NCBI GenBank assembly: GCA_040377305.1
Contig: JBEIPA010000036.1
Location: 1 to 45,230, forward strand
DNA length: 45,230 nucleotides
Reading direction: 5' to 3'
DNA from: Flavobacteriales bacterium
GTDB lineage: Bacteria; Bacteroidota; Bacteroidia; Palsa-965
The stretch's first letter is position 1. Every line of letters begins with the position of its first letter. Below are positions 26,994-37,584 of the stretch, in pieces. The position numbers and the translations under genes were made by a program. Below the pieces are notes generated by a model. The model ran no database searches. It had not been told where the DNA came from and saw only the letters and a program-made list of their open reading frames with translations.

Positions 26994-29270
26994 ATGAAAC
27001 ATTCATACTCCATGTTCGTGAAGCTTATTGCTTTTACGATACTTGTTTTCTCTGCTACTACCTTGTCCGCAGGAGAAATCAAAGGACACGTGCGCGATTC
27101 AGCCACGAAAGAAATTCTTAGTGATGTTATTATAACCACCAGCGGTTCTGCAAACCTTGTATTCACGGATGCCTTGGGACAATTCCGTTTGACCAGCCTG
27201 CAAGCCGGAACGACTACACTGCGTTTTGCCCGCATTGGTTATGTGTCACAAACAATTTCTGTGAATGTTTCCGATCAAACTATTTCCGAACTGAACATTG
27301 ACCTCGTCAAAGGTGCAATTCGACTGAATGAAGTTTCTGTAACCGGAACAAAAGATATCGGTCAGTCCTTGTCGTCGATCACTCAGGCCGACATGGCTTT
27401 ACGTCCAACTAACTCGGCACAAGATCTATTACGTCTTGTGCCGGGTCTTTTCATTGCACAACACGCAGGTGGCGGAAAAGCCGAGCAGATTTTTATTCGC
27501 GGCTTTGACGTTGACCACGGTACAGATTTCGCTGTAAGCATCGATGGCATTCCCGTAAACATGGTTTCACATGCACACGGACAAGGCTATGCCGACTTTC
27601 ACTTTGTAATTCCGGAAACAGTCGACAAACTCCAGGTGAATAAAGGTTTGTACTCGGCGCGCCAGGGCGATTTTGCGACTGCAGGATCAGGAGATTTTTT
27701 CACGCGAAATTCCATTGAGAAAAATATGATCAAGTTTGAAGCCGGACGATTTGATACTTATCGTGGCGTCGCTATGTTCCGCATGCCGGGTAAAAAGATT
27801 TTCACTGGCAACAATGAGAATGCGTATGTCGCAGGAGAATACAACTTTACAAATTCGTACTTCGACTCACCCCAGCATTTCAATCGGTACAATGTTTTTG
27901 GGAAATACACAACCGGACTCGGATCGAACGCTACTCTGACTTTGAGCGCGTCCACCTTCAAATCGAAATGGGATGCATCAGGACAAATTCCCGACCGTGC
28001 AGTGCTGGCAGAAGTCATTGATCGTTTCGGCGCAATTGACAATACAGAAGGTGGAGAAACTTCACGCACAAATGCAAATGCAATTCTCCTGTATTCTACA
28101 CAAAAAGGTGCCGTGCTCAGAAATCAGTTTTACTACTCGCATTACAAATTCAACCTCTACTCTAATTTCACTTTCTTCCTCAACGATTCAATCAACGGAG
28201 ACCAGATCCGTCAGACCGAAAACGGAAGAAATATTTTCGGATACAGTACGTCGTACGACAAAGCAATCTACTTCGGAAAGAATTCACTCCGTACAATTAT
28301 CGGTGCAGGCACGCGAATCGACAATGGTGTAATTTCACTCATGCGTTCCATCAAACGCGTCACTTACGACACCACAGCTTCCGGTGAAATCTTCGAACAG
28401 AACATCAATGGATTTATTGAGCAAACTTTGAACCTCGGCGAAAAGTTCTCCATCAACGCAGGTGTACGTTACGATTACTTCACATTCACTTATGACAATC
28501 ATCCGGAGAACACGGGTGAAGGCACTGTTGGTAAATCACGTGTTAGTCCGAAGTTGAGTTTCTACTACACACCAAAACCGTCACTGCAGTTGTATGTGAA
28601 AAGCGGCATGGGCTTCCATTCCAACGATGCGCGTTCAGTTGTGTCGGGCGAAGCAGGAAATGCTCTTCCCCGTGCAATCGGTTACGAAGCCGGATCAACA
28701 TTCCTATTGGCGAAACGTATTCTCGTCAATGTTTCGTTGTGGGGACTTGATCTTGAGAATGAGCTCGTGTATGTTGGCGACGAAGGCATTGTTGAAATCA
28801 GTGGTGCAACGCGCCGTATCGGTGTTGACTTTGCTGTACGTATGGAAATTACCCGTAACATTTTCGCAGACGCAGACCTGAACTACAACTATGGTCGCTA
28901 CCGCGATCTTCCGAACGAAGAAAACTTCATTCCGCTTGCACCGGCTCTCACATCAACCGGTGGACTTTCTTACAAGAGTGAGAAAGGTCTGAATGCATCA
29001 CTACGCTATCGTTACATCGACTCGCGTCCGGCAAATGAAAACAACACCGTGCAGGCAATCGGCTATTTTCTAATGGACGCCGTGGTGAACTACGATGTGA
29101 AAGCATTCACATTCGGAATCACAGGAGAAAACCTGCTCAACGCAAAATGGAACGAAGCACAGTTCGATACCGAAAGTCGTTTGAACAACGAAACGATGTC
29201 GGTGAGCGAATTGCATTATACACCGGGTTCTCCGTTTTTTGTGAAGGCAAGTATCACAGCGCGCTTCTGA
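26994..29270 (+). CDS. TonB-dependent receptor with N-terminal carboxypeptidase-regulatory-like domain
   Basis: Plug motifs LLRLVPG, IFIRGFD, IDGIPVN and HAHGQGYADFHF. ENLLN motif. C-terminal Phe. Confidence 0.92.
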   Translation: MKHSYSMFVKLIAFTILVFSATTLSAGEIKGHVRDSATKEILSDVIITTSGSANLVFTDALGQFRLTSLQAGTTTLRFARIGYVSQTISVNVSDQTISELNIDLVKGAIRLNEVSVTGTKDIGQSLSSITQADMALRPTNSAQDLLRLVPGLFIAQHAGGGKAEQIFIRGFDVDHGTDFAVSIDGIPVNMVSHAHGQGYADFHFVIPETVDKLQVNKGLYSARQGDFATAGSGDFFTRNSIEKNMIKFEAGRFDTYRGVAMFRMPGKKIFTGNNENAYVAGEYNFTNSYFDSPQHFNRYNVFGKYTTGLGSNATLTLSASTFKSKWDASGQIPDRAVLAEVIDRFGAIDNTEGGETSRTNANAILLYSTQKGAVLRNQFYYSHYKFNLYSNFTFFLNDSINGDQIRQTENGRNIFGYSTSYDKAIYFGKNSLRTIIGAGTRIDNGVISLMRSIKRVTYDTTASGEIFEQNINGFIEQTLNLGEKFSINAGVRYDYFTFTYDNHPENTGEGTVGKSRVSPKLSFYYTPKPSLQLYVKSGMGFHSNDARSVVSGEAGNALPRAIGYEAGSTFLLAKRILVNVSLWGLDLENELVYVGDEGIVEISGATRRIGVDFAVRMEITRNIFADADLNYNYGRYRDLPNEENFIPLAPALTSTGGLSYKSEKGLNASLRYRYIDSRPANENNTVQAIGYFLMDAVVNYDVKAFTFGITGENLLNAKWNEAQFDTESRLNNETMSVSELHYTPGSPFFVKASITARF

Positions 29271-29400
29271 AAGTTTCTGGTTGCAACGTTACCGTCATCG
29301 TGAGGTACGAAGCGATCCCATGATTCGGGAACGTAAAGGAGAAAACACGTGAGCGAATGACGAGGCGTTTGCAAACGGAAACTTTACCTTAGCAACAAAT

Positions 29401-30507
29401 ATGTATAGACTCCTTCTGCCAGTTGTATTCGCGATAGTTTCTCTGTTAACTATCTTTAAAGCGCCCACGAATTTCTTCTGGCGCGTACAAGTTGCGTTAA
29501 CTGAATTCCCATACATCTCCATTGCAGCATCACTCGTTCTATTTGTCACCTGTTTCTGGTTGGGCAAATACAGAACGGCTGCCGTTTGTATCACGGGAAT
29601 TTCTTTCGTGTTATTCTGCATGCCATTGGTCCGTGCTTTTGATCGCTCGAAGAACTTAAGTGAGGAATTGAAAACAGCATTTAATGTGAATGCAGAAGCA
29701 GGGTTTTCATTCTGGAGCATGTTTGCGACACAAAGCGAAATTGTTCCGCAACAACTCACATACAAAATCGCGAATGGAAAAAACATCACGCTCGATTTTT
29801 ATCAGGCCACGGGAAACACGAAAGCTCCTTGCATAATTGTAATTCACGGCGGCTCCTGGTCGAGTGGCGATAACAAACAACTTGCAAATTGGAATCCGTG
29901 GTTGAGTGAACTGGGATACAATGTTGCTGCAATCAACTATCGTTTAGCTCCGGAATTCAAAAGTCCAGCTCAGGTGGAAGATGTTCGCGATGCCATCCTT
30001 TTTCTGAAAACACAGACGCAATTGAACATCGACACGTCAAAGTTCGTGTTGCTGGGGCGTTCTGCGGGCGGTCAGATTGCGTTATGCGCCGCGTACCAGT
30101 TAGACATGCATGAAATTGCTGGCGTGATTACAATCTACGCGCCTGCAGATATGGTGTGGGGCGCGAAGATCAAAGGCAATCCGCTTGTCTTGAATACAGA
30201 CGATGTGTTTGCCGATTACCTCGGCGGGCCCTATGATCAGTTCGCGGCTAAATATCACGAAGCGTCAGCAGTGCATCATGTGAAACCAACTTCGCCTCCA
30301 ACACTGATCATGCATGGTGACAATGATTGCATGGTATCATTCATTCACAGCGAACATCTGGATTCTGCACTGACTGCGAACAAAGTCCCGCATTTCTTTC
30401 TGAATATACCGGGCGCTACACATGGATGTGATTACAATCTGAACGGACCGAGTGGACAGTTGATGCAGGGGGCGATAAAAGGATTTCTGGTGTCATTAAA
30501 CCCATGA
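29401..30507 (+). CDS. Membrane-anchored alpha/beta hydrolase (esterase/lipase)
   Basis: HGGSW oxyanion motif, GRSAG nucleophile, HGDND, ATHG. N-terminal TM helices. Confidence 0.9.
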   Translation: MYRLLLPVVFAIVSLLTIFKAPTNFFWRVQVALTEFPYISIAASLVLFVTCFWLGKYRTAAVCITGISFVLFCMPLVRAFDRSKNLSEELKTAFNVNAEAGFSFWSMFATQSEIVPQQLTYKIANGKNITLDFYQATGNTKAPCIIVIHGGSWSSGDNKQLANWNPWLSELGYNVAAINYRLAPEFKSPAQVEDVRDAILFLKTQTQLNIDTSKFVLLGRSAGGQIALCAAYQLDMHEIAGVITIYAPADMVWGAKIKGNPLVLNTDDVFADYLGGPYDQFAAKYHEASAVHHVKPTSPPTLIMHGDNDCMVSFIHSEHLDSALTANKVPHFFLNIPGATHGCDYNLNGPSGQLMQGAIKGFLVSLNP

Positions 30508-30515
30508 AGATCTCA

Positions 30516-31004
30516 TTACTTCAGAATGACCAGGCGCTTCGAATCAATCCGCAGCGCAACAGAATCTGCCCACATCTTTTCCACTTGAATTCCGTGGACC
30601 ACATCATTCTGCTTCACAAAGTGCGTCTCCCCGTTCACCCTTAGGAACCCTACGGTCTTATTCGACGTTGTCTCCTTCACTAAACCGTAATACTGAATAG
30701 TTGGTGGTACTATTGTAGGTGGTGGTTCCTTGACCTGATCAGCTTTCTTAGCCGCATCCGGGTAATGTTTTGATGCGACCGAAGAATTATTCGCAACCGG
30801 TAAATCCAAAAATGGATCCCGGTAGTTGATATTCAATTGATACTTTTCCGGGACTTTTGAAGTATCGAAACTTGCAGTCTGAGGTAATTCACTGCTGAAC
30901 CCAGCTTTTTCCGAATTCATCGACGCATAAACCTTCCACCCAATCATTCCCCATATCCCGAGTACAACCGGTAACAAGATCCAGGAAAGCTTTTTGTTTT
31001 TCAT
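30516..31004 (-). CDS. T2SS/T4P-cluster single-pass membrane protein (PilP/GspC-like position)
   Basis: N-terminal TM, RDPF motif, beta-rich C-terminus. Last gene of the secretin operon. Confidence 0.6.
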   Translation of the reverse strand: MKNKKLSWILLPVVLGIWGMIGWKVYASMNSEKAGFSSELPQTASFDTSKVPEKYQLNINYRDPFLDLPVANNSSVASKHYPDAAKKADQVKEPPPTIVPPTIQYYGLVKETTSNKTVGFLRVNGETHFVKQNDVVHGIQVEKMWADSVALRIDSKRLVILK

Positions 31005-31951
31005 CAGTTTACATCAAAACGATATACTGCACTGTAGTTACTTAGGTTTCCTGCTGCATCAACACTACGTACTCGCCAGAAATAAACAGTTGAGGCAAGG
31101 GCACCGGTCCAGTTGTAACCACCTTGCGCAGCACCTAAAGCTAGTTCCAGCACACTGGCTGTTGTAAAAGTGGAGTCCGTTGAAATAAACAAACTGTCTA
31201 TTTGCGAATCACTGCCACTCGTCCAATCGAAGGCTAGAGTTGAAGGGACGGTTGCATAGAAAGAATTGTCCACAGGAGTGACTAATGCAGGTGCAACAGG
31301 AGCCGTTTGATCAACAATGAACGTTCGTGAACTCCATTGCGTAAACGAACTGGAATTTTCTCCGCGCACACGTAATTCATAATTGCCCTGCGACAACGTG
31401 TACTGATAACTATTAGTGGTTAATGTTGTAGCAACCACCGTTGCGGTGGTCGCGGTGTTTACAATCTCTACGCGGTAGTAGCTCGCGGCACTCAGTGAAT
31501 TCCATGTAAATGCTACAGAACTGTTGGATGTGGCAAAGCCGTTTGACATCGGAGATGTGATCACAATGGTTTGATTCGCAAGACTAACGCTACTATCGAC
31601 CGTTAATCTTCTGGTTAACCATTCGCCTTCAGATGAACCATTCTCAGGACGTAATCTCCAATAGTACGTGTTGCCAGGAGACAAATCAGGATAAAACCGG
31701 TCACCGTCAATGAGTGTATCGTACACTAATTGTTGAGGTGAAGAAAAATCGGGATAAACAATCTGAAGTCTATAGCCTCTCGCGCCCTCAATTTCATTCC
31801 ACCAGAAAAGCGGTGATGCTACTTGGACGGTATCATCGTCCGAAGGAGCAATAACGGAAACAAGTATCCCCGTCAGATCATCCTCAATGAAATCATGTTC
31901 ACACGAATTTAGAATCAGCAGTGCGAAAATAAATAAAGGCAATTTTCTCAT
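31004..31951 (-). CDS. Lipoprotein with three Fn3/Ig-like domains
   Basis: Lipobox LNS-C. Repeated YYWRLRP / YELRVRG / YFWRVRS motifs. Confidence 0.8.
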   Translation of the reverse strand: MRKLPLFIFALLILNSCEHDFIEDDLTGILVSVIAPSDDDTVQVASPLFWWNEIEGARGYRLQIVYPDFSSPQQLVYDTLIDGDRFYPDLSPGNTYYWRLRPENGSSEGEWLTRRLTVDSSVSLANQTIVITSPMSNGFATSNSSVAFTWNSLSAASYYRVEIVNTATTATVVATTLTTNSYQYTLSQGNYELRVRGENSSSFTQWSSRTFIVDQTAPVAPALVTPVDNSFYATVPSTLAFDWTSGSDSQIDSLFISTDSTFTTASVLELALGAAQGGYNWTGALASTVYFWRVRSVDAAGNLSNYSAVYRFDVN

Positions 31952-32481
31952 GAGATGAATTTGAATATATTCTGAATATAGATCGTGGTGAATAGACGCT
32001 TTACTTTTGTTTTATTGTCTGTTTTGGAATAGAATGTAACTGAAACAATTTGTCCTCGCTTCGAGTGGTGCAGATAGTCCAACAACAAAATGGCGTCTGA
32101 ATATTTTCCTGCGACTGTTACTTCGTGAATCTCCGTCTTCCATTCGTCTCTACTGAACTGACGCAACGGTGGAAAATCATGAATCCAAAGTTCATGTCCG
32201 GAACAAAATGTATCTATTGCATCAAGTAATTGTTCGTGAGAGATAGTAGATCCCTTCGTACCTACCGTTTCGTATTGTCGAAGTTCATTCTCCAAAACAT
32301 CGATCTCAAGTTTCACCAAGGCCGCACTGTCAATTCTGACCTTTAATTCCGTGCAATCATCTGCGAGTTCTATTGTGCGTTCCACTGCGAGATTGTAAAT
32401 GAAATATGCTCCGACCAACACCATCAGTCCCAACAGCAGTTCCTTCTGCTTCCAGCTTAATCGTGTCCATCGCTCCTTCAT
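31948..32481 (-). CDS. PilO/GspM-like protein
   Basis: TM helix, coiled coil, V.G.Y...L motif. Operon position. Confidence 0.6.
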   Translation of the reverse strand: MKERWTRLSWKQKELLLGLMVLVGAYFIYNLAVERTIELADDCTELKVRIDSAALVKLEIDVLENELRQYETVGTKGSTISHEQLLDAIDTFCSGHELWIHDFPPLRQFSRDEWKTEIHEVTVAGKYSDAILLLDYLHHSKRGQIVSVTFYSKTDNKTKVKRLFTTIYIQNIFKFIS

Positions 32482-33677
32482 TCCGTTGACAACTCTATTT
32501 CAAATTTACCACTCGAGCTACCAGCATCACTATAACTGGTGATTTGTGCGGAACTAATCCATGACAATTTTTGCAGTAGTTTCAACCAAGTGTTAAGCGA
32601 AGAACTCTCGTTACACGTACCTGTTATGAAAATTCGATCCGGCTGAAAACCAAGTGTATCAGTGCGACCGAAATTCTCATTGGGGGACATCGACAATCGC
32701 GTAAGCACAATTTCATGTGGCATGTCCTTCGCGATCTGATCAGCCATCCATGCATAAGAAGTGTTATTAGCTATTCCACTTGCATCTATGAACTCTCTGT
32801 TCGACGTTATTTTAGTCTTTAGTTCATGATATCGAAGAAAGGTTTCTGAATTTATTGTAGGATCTGATTCGAATTCTGATTTCAATTCGCGAAAGTGCGT
32901 GAATAGAAAGACGTTGATCAGCAAAACAAGTAATGCAGTAAGAGTCGACAATTTGACGAATGCCCCATACCGTTTCATGCGGAAGAAATTGCGCCTCCGC
33001 TCTGCAAAACCAGCCGCCTCTCCGGGAATACTTGAAGTATGACTTAATCCCTGCAGTGCGCCTGCAAACGAAACAAGGTTTTCCTCCGCGATGAGTTCTT
33101 TACCAACGGATATTTCAACTGATTCGTCACGTTCAACGTAAACAACTTCAGAAACAAACCCGCTGTCAAATTTCAATATGTGATTTGAACAGACTAATTC
33201 ATCTTGTACAGCGCCAAGCAAATCGAGAATGGTTAGTGCAACACATGGTCCAATTACCACTGAGACAATCGACACCTCGTGCAGCAACTCAGTAATATTC
33301 CCAACCGTTTCCTTTCGGATAATCGATGCAATGAGGCTGCTGTCACTATCCTGAAATCTGGAGACTAATAAGTCAGCCGCATTTGCATTCGGGAGAATTG
33401 AACGAATTAGCGCTTCATCACTAAGTCCGATATTACCCGTAAACTTTCGGTTGATAACTCCTTTTCCGGTTACAATCAATGCAACAGGAATACGATGATC
33501 CAGAGTCTTAACCAAATCGGAAATCGCACTTTTTCGTTTTAGCAATATTTCCGATTGCGCTTTCTCCCCTTTACGGCGCACAACCGACAAGTGGTACATA
33601 ACTCGTTCAGCCTGAATCTCAGCTTCAATGCATGCGAATTTTGGGCCCAGTAAAAAACGTTCTAAACGTGGATACAT
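32478..33677 (-). CDS. GspL-like (PilM/PilN-like) assembly platform protein
   Basis: Cytoplasmic N-domain, TM helix, PilN-like C-terminus (MPHEIVLTRL...ITG...L..W). Confidence 0.65.
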   Translation of the reverse strand: MYPRLERFLLGPKFACIEAEIQAERVMYHLSVVRRKGEKAQSEILLKRKSAISDLVKTLDHRIPVALIVTGKGVINRKFTGNIGLSDEALIRSILPNANAADLLVSRFQDSDSSLIASIIRKETVGNITELLHEVSIVSVVIGPCVALTILDLLGAVQDELVCSNHILKFDSGFVSEVVYVERDESVEISVGKELIAEENLVSFAGALQGLSHTSSIPGEAAGFAERRRNFFRMKRYGAFVKLSTLTALLVLLINVFLFTHFRELKSEFESDPTINSETFLRYHELKTKITSNREFIDASGIANNTSYAWMADQIAKDMPHEIVLTRLSMSPNENFGRTDTLGFQPDRIFITGTCNESSSLNTWLKLLQKLSWISSAQITSYSDAGSSSGKFEIELSTE

Positions 33678-33680
33678 ACC

Positions 33681-35597
33681 TCAATAAATTACCGTTGGTT
33701 TTATCAATACACTCAGGTGAGTTTCCGATTTGCTTTTGGATCGCTCACCGAATATCCATTTCAGCACCGGAATTCGGGAGAGTCCGGGAGTTCCCTTTCC
33801 ACTCTCATTCTTTGATTCTTCTTCAAGTCCACCCAGCAAAATCATTTCCTGATTACGCACTCTTACAATGGAAGAAAAACTTCTTTGCGTTGTACCAAAA
33901 GGTCCGTCTTCAGTTACACGATTTGTAAACGTAGATTGCGTTACCGAAATATTTAGCGTGACCTGTTCATCACCGGAAACCATAGGAGTGATTACCAGGG
34001 AGAAGTCAGCATTCAGTGGCTTGTACGTGTTTGTGATTTGGGTTTGAGGATTTTGCGAACCAATGATGTTCGTGGTGCGCTCTAAATAATATTCCGTACG
34101 GCCAATACTCATCTTCGCCTCTGAACCGTTGAGTGTAGAAAGTTGTGGTGTGGATCGAATGTTAAGCATTCCATTATCTTCCATTGCATGGAGTTTCACA
34201 TAAAAGTCAGGAGTGACCGCACCCAGGTTTAGAAATCCGAAACCATTGATTCCAGAAATAAGATTATTGATTGCGTCAGCATTCAACGTAGCATCCAAGC
34301 CTGGAGTCAGCGTGCCATTCGACGGTGGCGCTGTTCCCAGTCCCATTTGCATTCCCGCCGCTACGGTGTGTGATTTGTTGACATCGAGGATCATCACTTC
34401 AATCAAAACCATGGGTACTACCTGATCTATAACCGCAAGAAATCGCTCGATTTCCAGAATGCGCGGCTCAGAACCACTCATTATTATTCCGTTGAGGTCG
34501 GGAAATGACTTTATTTCCACTCCCTTCTTCATCTCTGCTGGAATATAGTCCGGAACTTTATCGGCGGTGCGAAATTGCAAGCGGTACAAACGTGAGATAC
34601 GCAGTCCTTCCAAATTGCGGTCCCCCAGTAAGTAAATACTGTCGCGTGTTCGATAGGTATACTCGGTTGCGTTAAACACATTATCAAGAAACTGATCGTA
34701 TGTAACATCTTGTATGTGCAACGTTGCATTGCCCTTCAGTTCAGAATACAAGAAGTACTCTTTTTTTAGTTGAGAAGAGACCGAGAAGACAAGTTCGCTT
34801 ATCGGTGCATTCACTGCATCTATTGAAATTAAACTGTCCTTGATTGATATTTTTGTTCCCGATGGCAGCGCATTTGTCTTCGGATCGCTTCCGTTTTGAC
34901 GTGAGTTGTCCTTCACATTTGCCACACCTTGTTTTTCTTCAATCATAAAGAAATTACTATCGGCTTTTGTGATCTTTAAGTCATTGGCGAAAGCCAACTT
35001 GTTTAACGCCGATTCCAGGGGTTGATCCAGAATGAAGCCGTTTATCATTTTCCCTGATAGTTTGGGATCGAAGACCACATTGCTTCCTGTCTTACGGGTC
35101 AGTTCACGTGCGACCAATGGTAGACTATCGTTCTTCAGATCGAGATCAACAATTTCATTCTGTGCATCCCAACTTATGTCGGGCAATCGCGGTGAATAAG
35201 GTTGAACCACAGCAGGCGGAGGAACGTACTTCGAGAACACCATGATATTTCCGATGAACGCAATATCAAGCTCATATCGTCGACAGAGAAAAAGAAAAAC
35301 GTTGGAAACTGTTACGTCCGAGAAGTTATCATAGATCTTCACATCCAGTGACGGCTCTACACTAACATTAAGATTGTTTGTAATGGCAACTGCCCGTATA
35401 AATTCCTGCAACGCTACTCCATTGACAGACAACTCCACTTTATTGTTCAATCCGGGAATCTCGGTAGCAAGTGCATTCAGTCTCTCCTCGAGGTCAGCAA
35501 AGCGGGGATCATCATCTTTCTGATTCGCCGACATCAATGGAAATATTAACGCCACTACCAACAATAATATCCACCTGCCCGGATTTCTATTTCGCAT
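33681..35597 (-). CDS. gspD: Secretin (GspD/PilQ family)
   Basis: VLIEVMIL, STPQLSTLNGSEA, ILLGGL, PGLSRIPVLKWIF, LIKPTVI. Start placed at ATG 35597 ahead of the signal peptide. Confidence 0.9.
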   Translation of the reverse strand: MRNRNPGRWILLLVVALIFPLMSANQKDDDPRFADLEERLNALATEIPGLNNKVELSVNGVALQEFIRAVAITNNLNVSVEPSLDVKIYDNFSDVTVSNVFLFLCRRYELDIAFIGNIMVFSKYVPPPAVVQPYSPRLPDISWDAQNEIVDLDLKNDSLPLVARELTRKTGSNVVFDPKLSGKMINGFILDQPLESALNKLAFANDLKITKADSNFFMIEEKQGVANVKDNSRQNGSDPKTNALPSGTKISIKDSLISIDAVNAPISELVFSVSSQLKKEYFLYSELKGNATLHIQDVTYDQFLDNVFNATEYTYRTRDSIYLLGDRNLEGLRISRLYRLQFRTADKVPDYIPAEMKKGVEIKSFPDLNGIIMSGSEPRILEIERFLAVIDQVVPMVLIEVMILDVNKSHTVAAGMQMGLGTAPPSNGTLTPGLDATLNADAINNLISGINGFGFLNLGAVTPDFYVKLHAMEDNGMLNIRSTPQLSTLNGSEAKMSIGRTEYYLERTTNIIGSQNPQTQITNTYKPLNADFSLVITPMVSGDEQVTLNISVTQSTFTNRVTEDGPFGTTQRSFSSIVRVRNQEMILLGGLEEESKNESGKGTPGLSRIPVLKWIFGERSKSKSETHLSVLIKPTVIY

Positions 35598-35601
35598 AAA
35601 T

Positions 35602-37041
35602 TCAGTTTTGTGATTGTGATAAGATGGAGTAGACTTCTTCGCAAGTTGTTGTGCCTTCCGCGAGCATTCGGAATGCACTTTGAGAAAGTGTTTCAATATT
35701 TCGTTGGGCAAGCAGCTCTACCGGATTCCCATTTCCGCTTTTAATACACTCAGCCAGCTCTGCGTCGATCGGAACTACTTCGTAAATCGCTTTTCTTCCT
35801 TTGTAGCCGGTGTAATAACATTCAGCACAACCAACTACGCCTGACACCGTTTTCAAAGTCCCGTCGTGCTTGAAATTCCGTGGAATCATTGCAGGAACGA
35901 ATTGCATTTGTATAGCACAATGCTTGCATAACAAACGAACGAGACGTTGCGCGACACTTGTATTAAGGGTATTCGCAATTAGAAAAGGTGGCACGCCCAT
36001 GTCGCACAAGCGCGAGATTGTTCCCCACGCGGAATTGGTGTGAATCGTAGAAAGCACAAGGTGCCCCGTGAGTGCGGCGCGAATGGCCATTTGAGCTGTC
36101 TCTCCATCGCGAATCTCACCTAACATTATAATATCCGGGTCCTGTCGCAGAAATGTTCTCAACGCACTTGCAAACCCTAGCCCGATACTTTCCTTGAGTT
36201 GAACTTGATTGATCCCCTCCAAAGTATACTCCACGGGATCTTCAACTGTCAGAACGTTAGTCGTCTCTTTGTTGAGCATCTTCAAGGTTGCATACAGTGT
36301 AGTTGTTTTTCCTGAACCAGTGGGACCACTGATCAGCAGTACACCGTGTGGATTTTTAACACCTTCGAGATAGTCGCTAAGCTGCCGCTCGGAGAAACCG
36401 AGTTTTCGGATGTCAATATTAGTTGCATCATTACTTAATAAACGCAGCACTGCTTTCTCGCCATACATCGTGGGTAAAACAGAAACCCGAATATCGAACT
36501 TCATGTCTCCTTGCTGAAAGAAAATACGTCCATCTTGCGGCAAACGCTTTTCTGCTATATCCAGATTCGCCTTGATCTTAATTTTATTAATGAGAGCAGG
36601 GTAATCAGACTTAGAAATTACGTATCGCTCCACAAGCTGACCATCAATCCGAATGCGCACGCGCGCTTTTTCAGAAAACGTTTCGATATGAATATCGCTG
36701 CTCCCCAAACTTCGGGCTTCCGAAATCAGCAAAGGCAGAAAATCATCTCCTTGTTTTGCGGCAATTACGTTTGTTTGTGTTGACGCACGGCTTGAGTTGC
36801 GAATATAAAATCGACTAAGGTTCTCTTGAATAAAACCTGATTCGACCGGCAGGAGTTTTATCCGTTTTCCGGTAATCAGTTCAAGTTCATCTGATGCCGA
36901 TAAGGATGCACCTTCTACACTACACAAAAGCGTCAATTCATCATTCTTCTGTTCCAATGGCAAAACAGAATATTGCCAGGCAACTTCCGTGCTTAACAGT
37001 TGCTGCAATTCAGTAGGTGGATTGTACTCACTCGGCGTCAT
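35602..37041 (-). CDS. gspE: GspE/PulE/PilB family assembly ATPase
   Basis: SDIHIE, LDIAEKRLPQDGR, GPTGSGKTTTLY, TVEDPVEY, LRQDPDIIMLGEIRD, GHLVLSTIH, tetra-Cys motif. Confidence 0.95.
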   Translation of the reverse strand: MTPSEYNPPTELQQLLSTEVAWQYSVLPLEQKNDELTLLCSVEGASLSASDELELITGKRIKLLPVESGFIQENLSRFYIRNSSRASTQTNVIAAKQGDDFLPLLISEARSLGSSDIHIETFSEKARVRIRIDGQLVERYVISKSDYPALINKIKIKANLDIAEKRLPQDGRIFFQQGDMKFDIRVSVLPTMYGEKAVLRLLSNDATNIDIRKLGFSERQLSDYLEGVKNPHGVLLISGPTGSGKTTTLYATLKMLNKETTNVLTVEDPVEYTLEGINQVQLKESIGLGFASALRTFLRQDPDIIMLGEIRDGETAQMAIRAALTGHLVLSTIHTNSAWGTISRLCDMGVPPFLIANTLNTSVAQRLVRLLCKHCAIQMQFVPAMIPRNFKHDGTLKTVSGVVGCAECYYTGYKGRKAIYEVVPIDAELAECIKSGNGNPVELLAQRNIETLSQSAFRMLAEGTTTCEEVYSILSQSQN

Positions 37042-37050
37042 AACATGCAA

Positions 37051-37584
37051 TTAGGAGAGGACATAATTATTCAGCCATGCATCACTACTAAAAGAAATCT
37101 GCGCAGGAAATATTAAACGCAACGCGCACAACACGATCAGTGGCACTGAGAACAATCCGGCAAATGGAATATATTCAGTAGTGCGGCTCCTCATTGTCTT
37201 CATCAGAATCGCAACGATAAGAGCGAACACGATAGCAACCGTAAACAACAAGAAGTAATTTAACGGCGAGAAAAATGGTGTGAGGCTAAACAACAATAAC
37301 ACATCACCGATACCGATCTGCGTATTAATAATATTAATCCATTTTCTGTTCCTGAAAGAAATAATAATCCACAAGAGGATGAATTGAACTGTCAGCAGTG
37401 ATACATTATAAATGAGATTCGGGAATACCAAATTTCTAAATTCCTGTGTAGCCAGTGGTGGAATTACCAGGCAAACAACAATAGCAGGTAACAACCATGC
37501 AGATATTGTGCGCGACCTGAAATCCTGAATGATCATACAAATCAAAACCATGATGGCTGCTATATTTCCGAAGGTGTTCATCAA
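37051..37584 (-). CDS. Short prepilin peptidase (A24-like, no methylase domain)
   Basis: Polytopic membrane protein with QDFRSR, GIGD and IPFAG motifs. Confidence 0.7.
   Translation of the reverse strand: MMNTFGNIAAIMVLICMIIQDFRSRTISAWLLPAIVVCLVIPPLATQEFRNLVFPNLIYNVSLLTVQFILLWIIISFRNRKWINIINTQIGIGDVLLLFSLTPFFSPLNYFLLFTVAIVFALIVAILMKTMRSRTTEYIPFAGLFSVPLIVLCALRLIFPAQISFSSDAWLNNYVLS

Noticed and set aside
35598-35711. Longer secretin start as given in the ORF track
   Set aside because: It overlaps gspE, and the signal peptide begins at ATG 35597.
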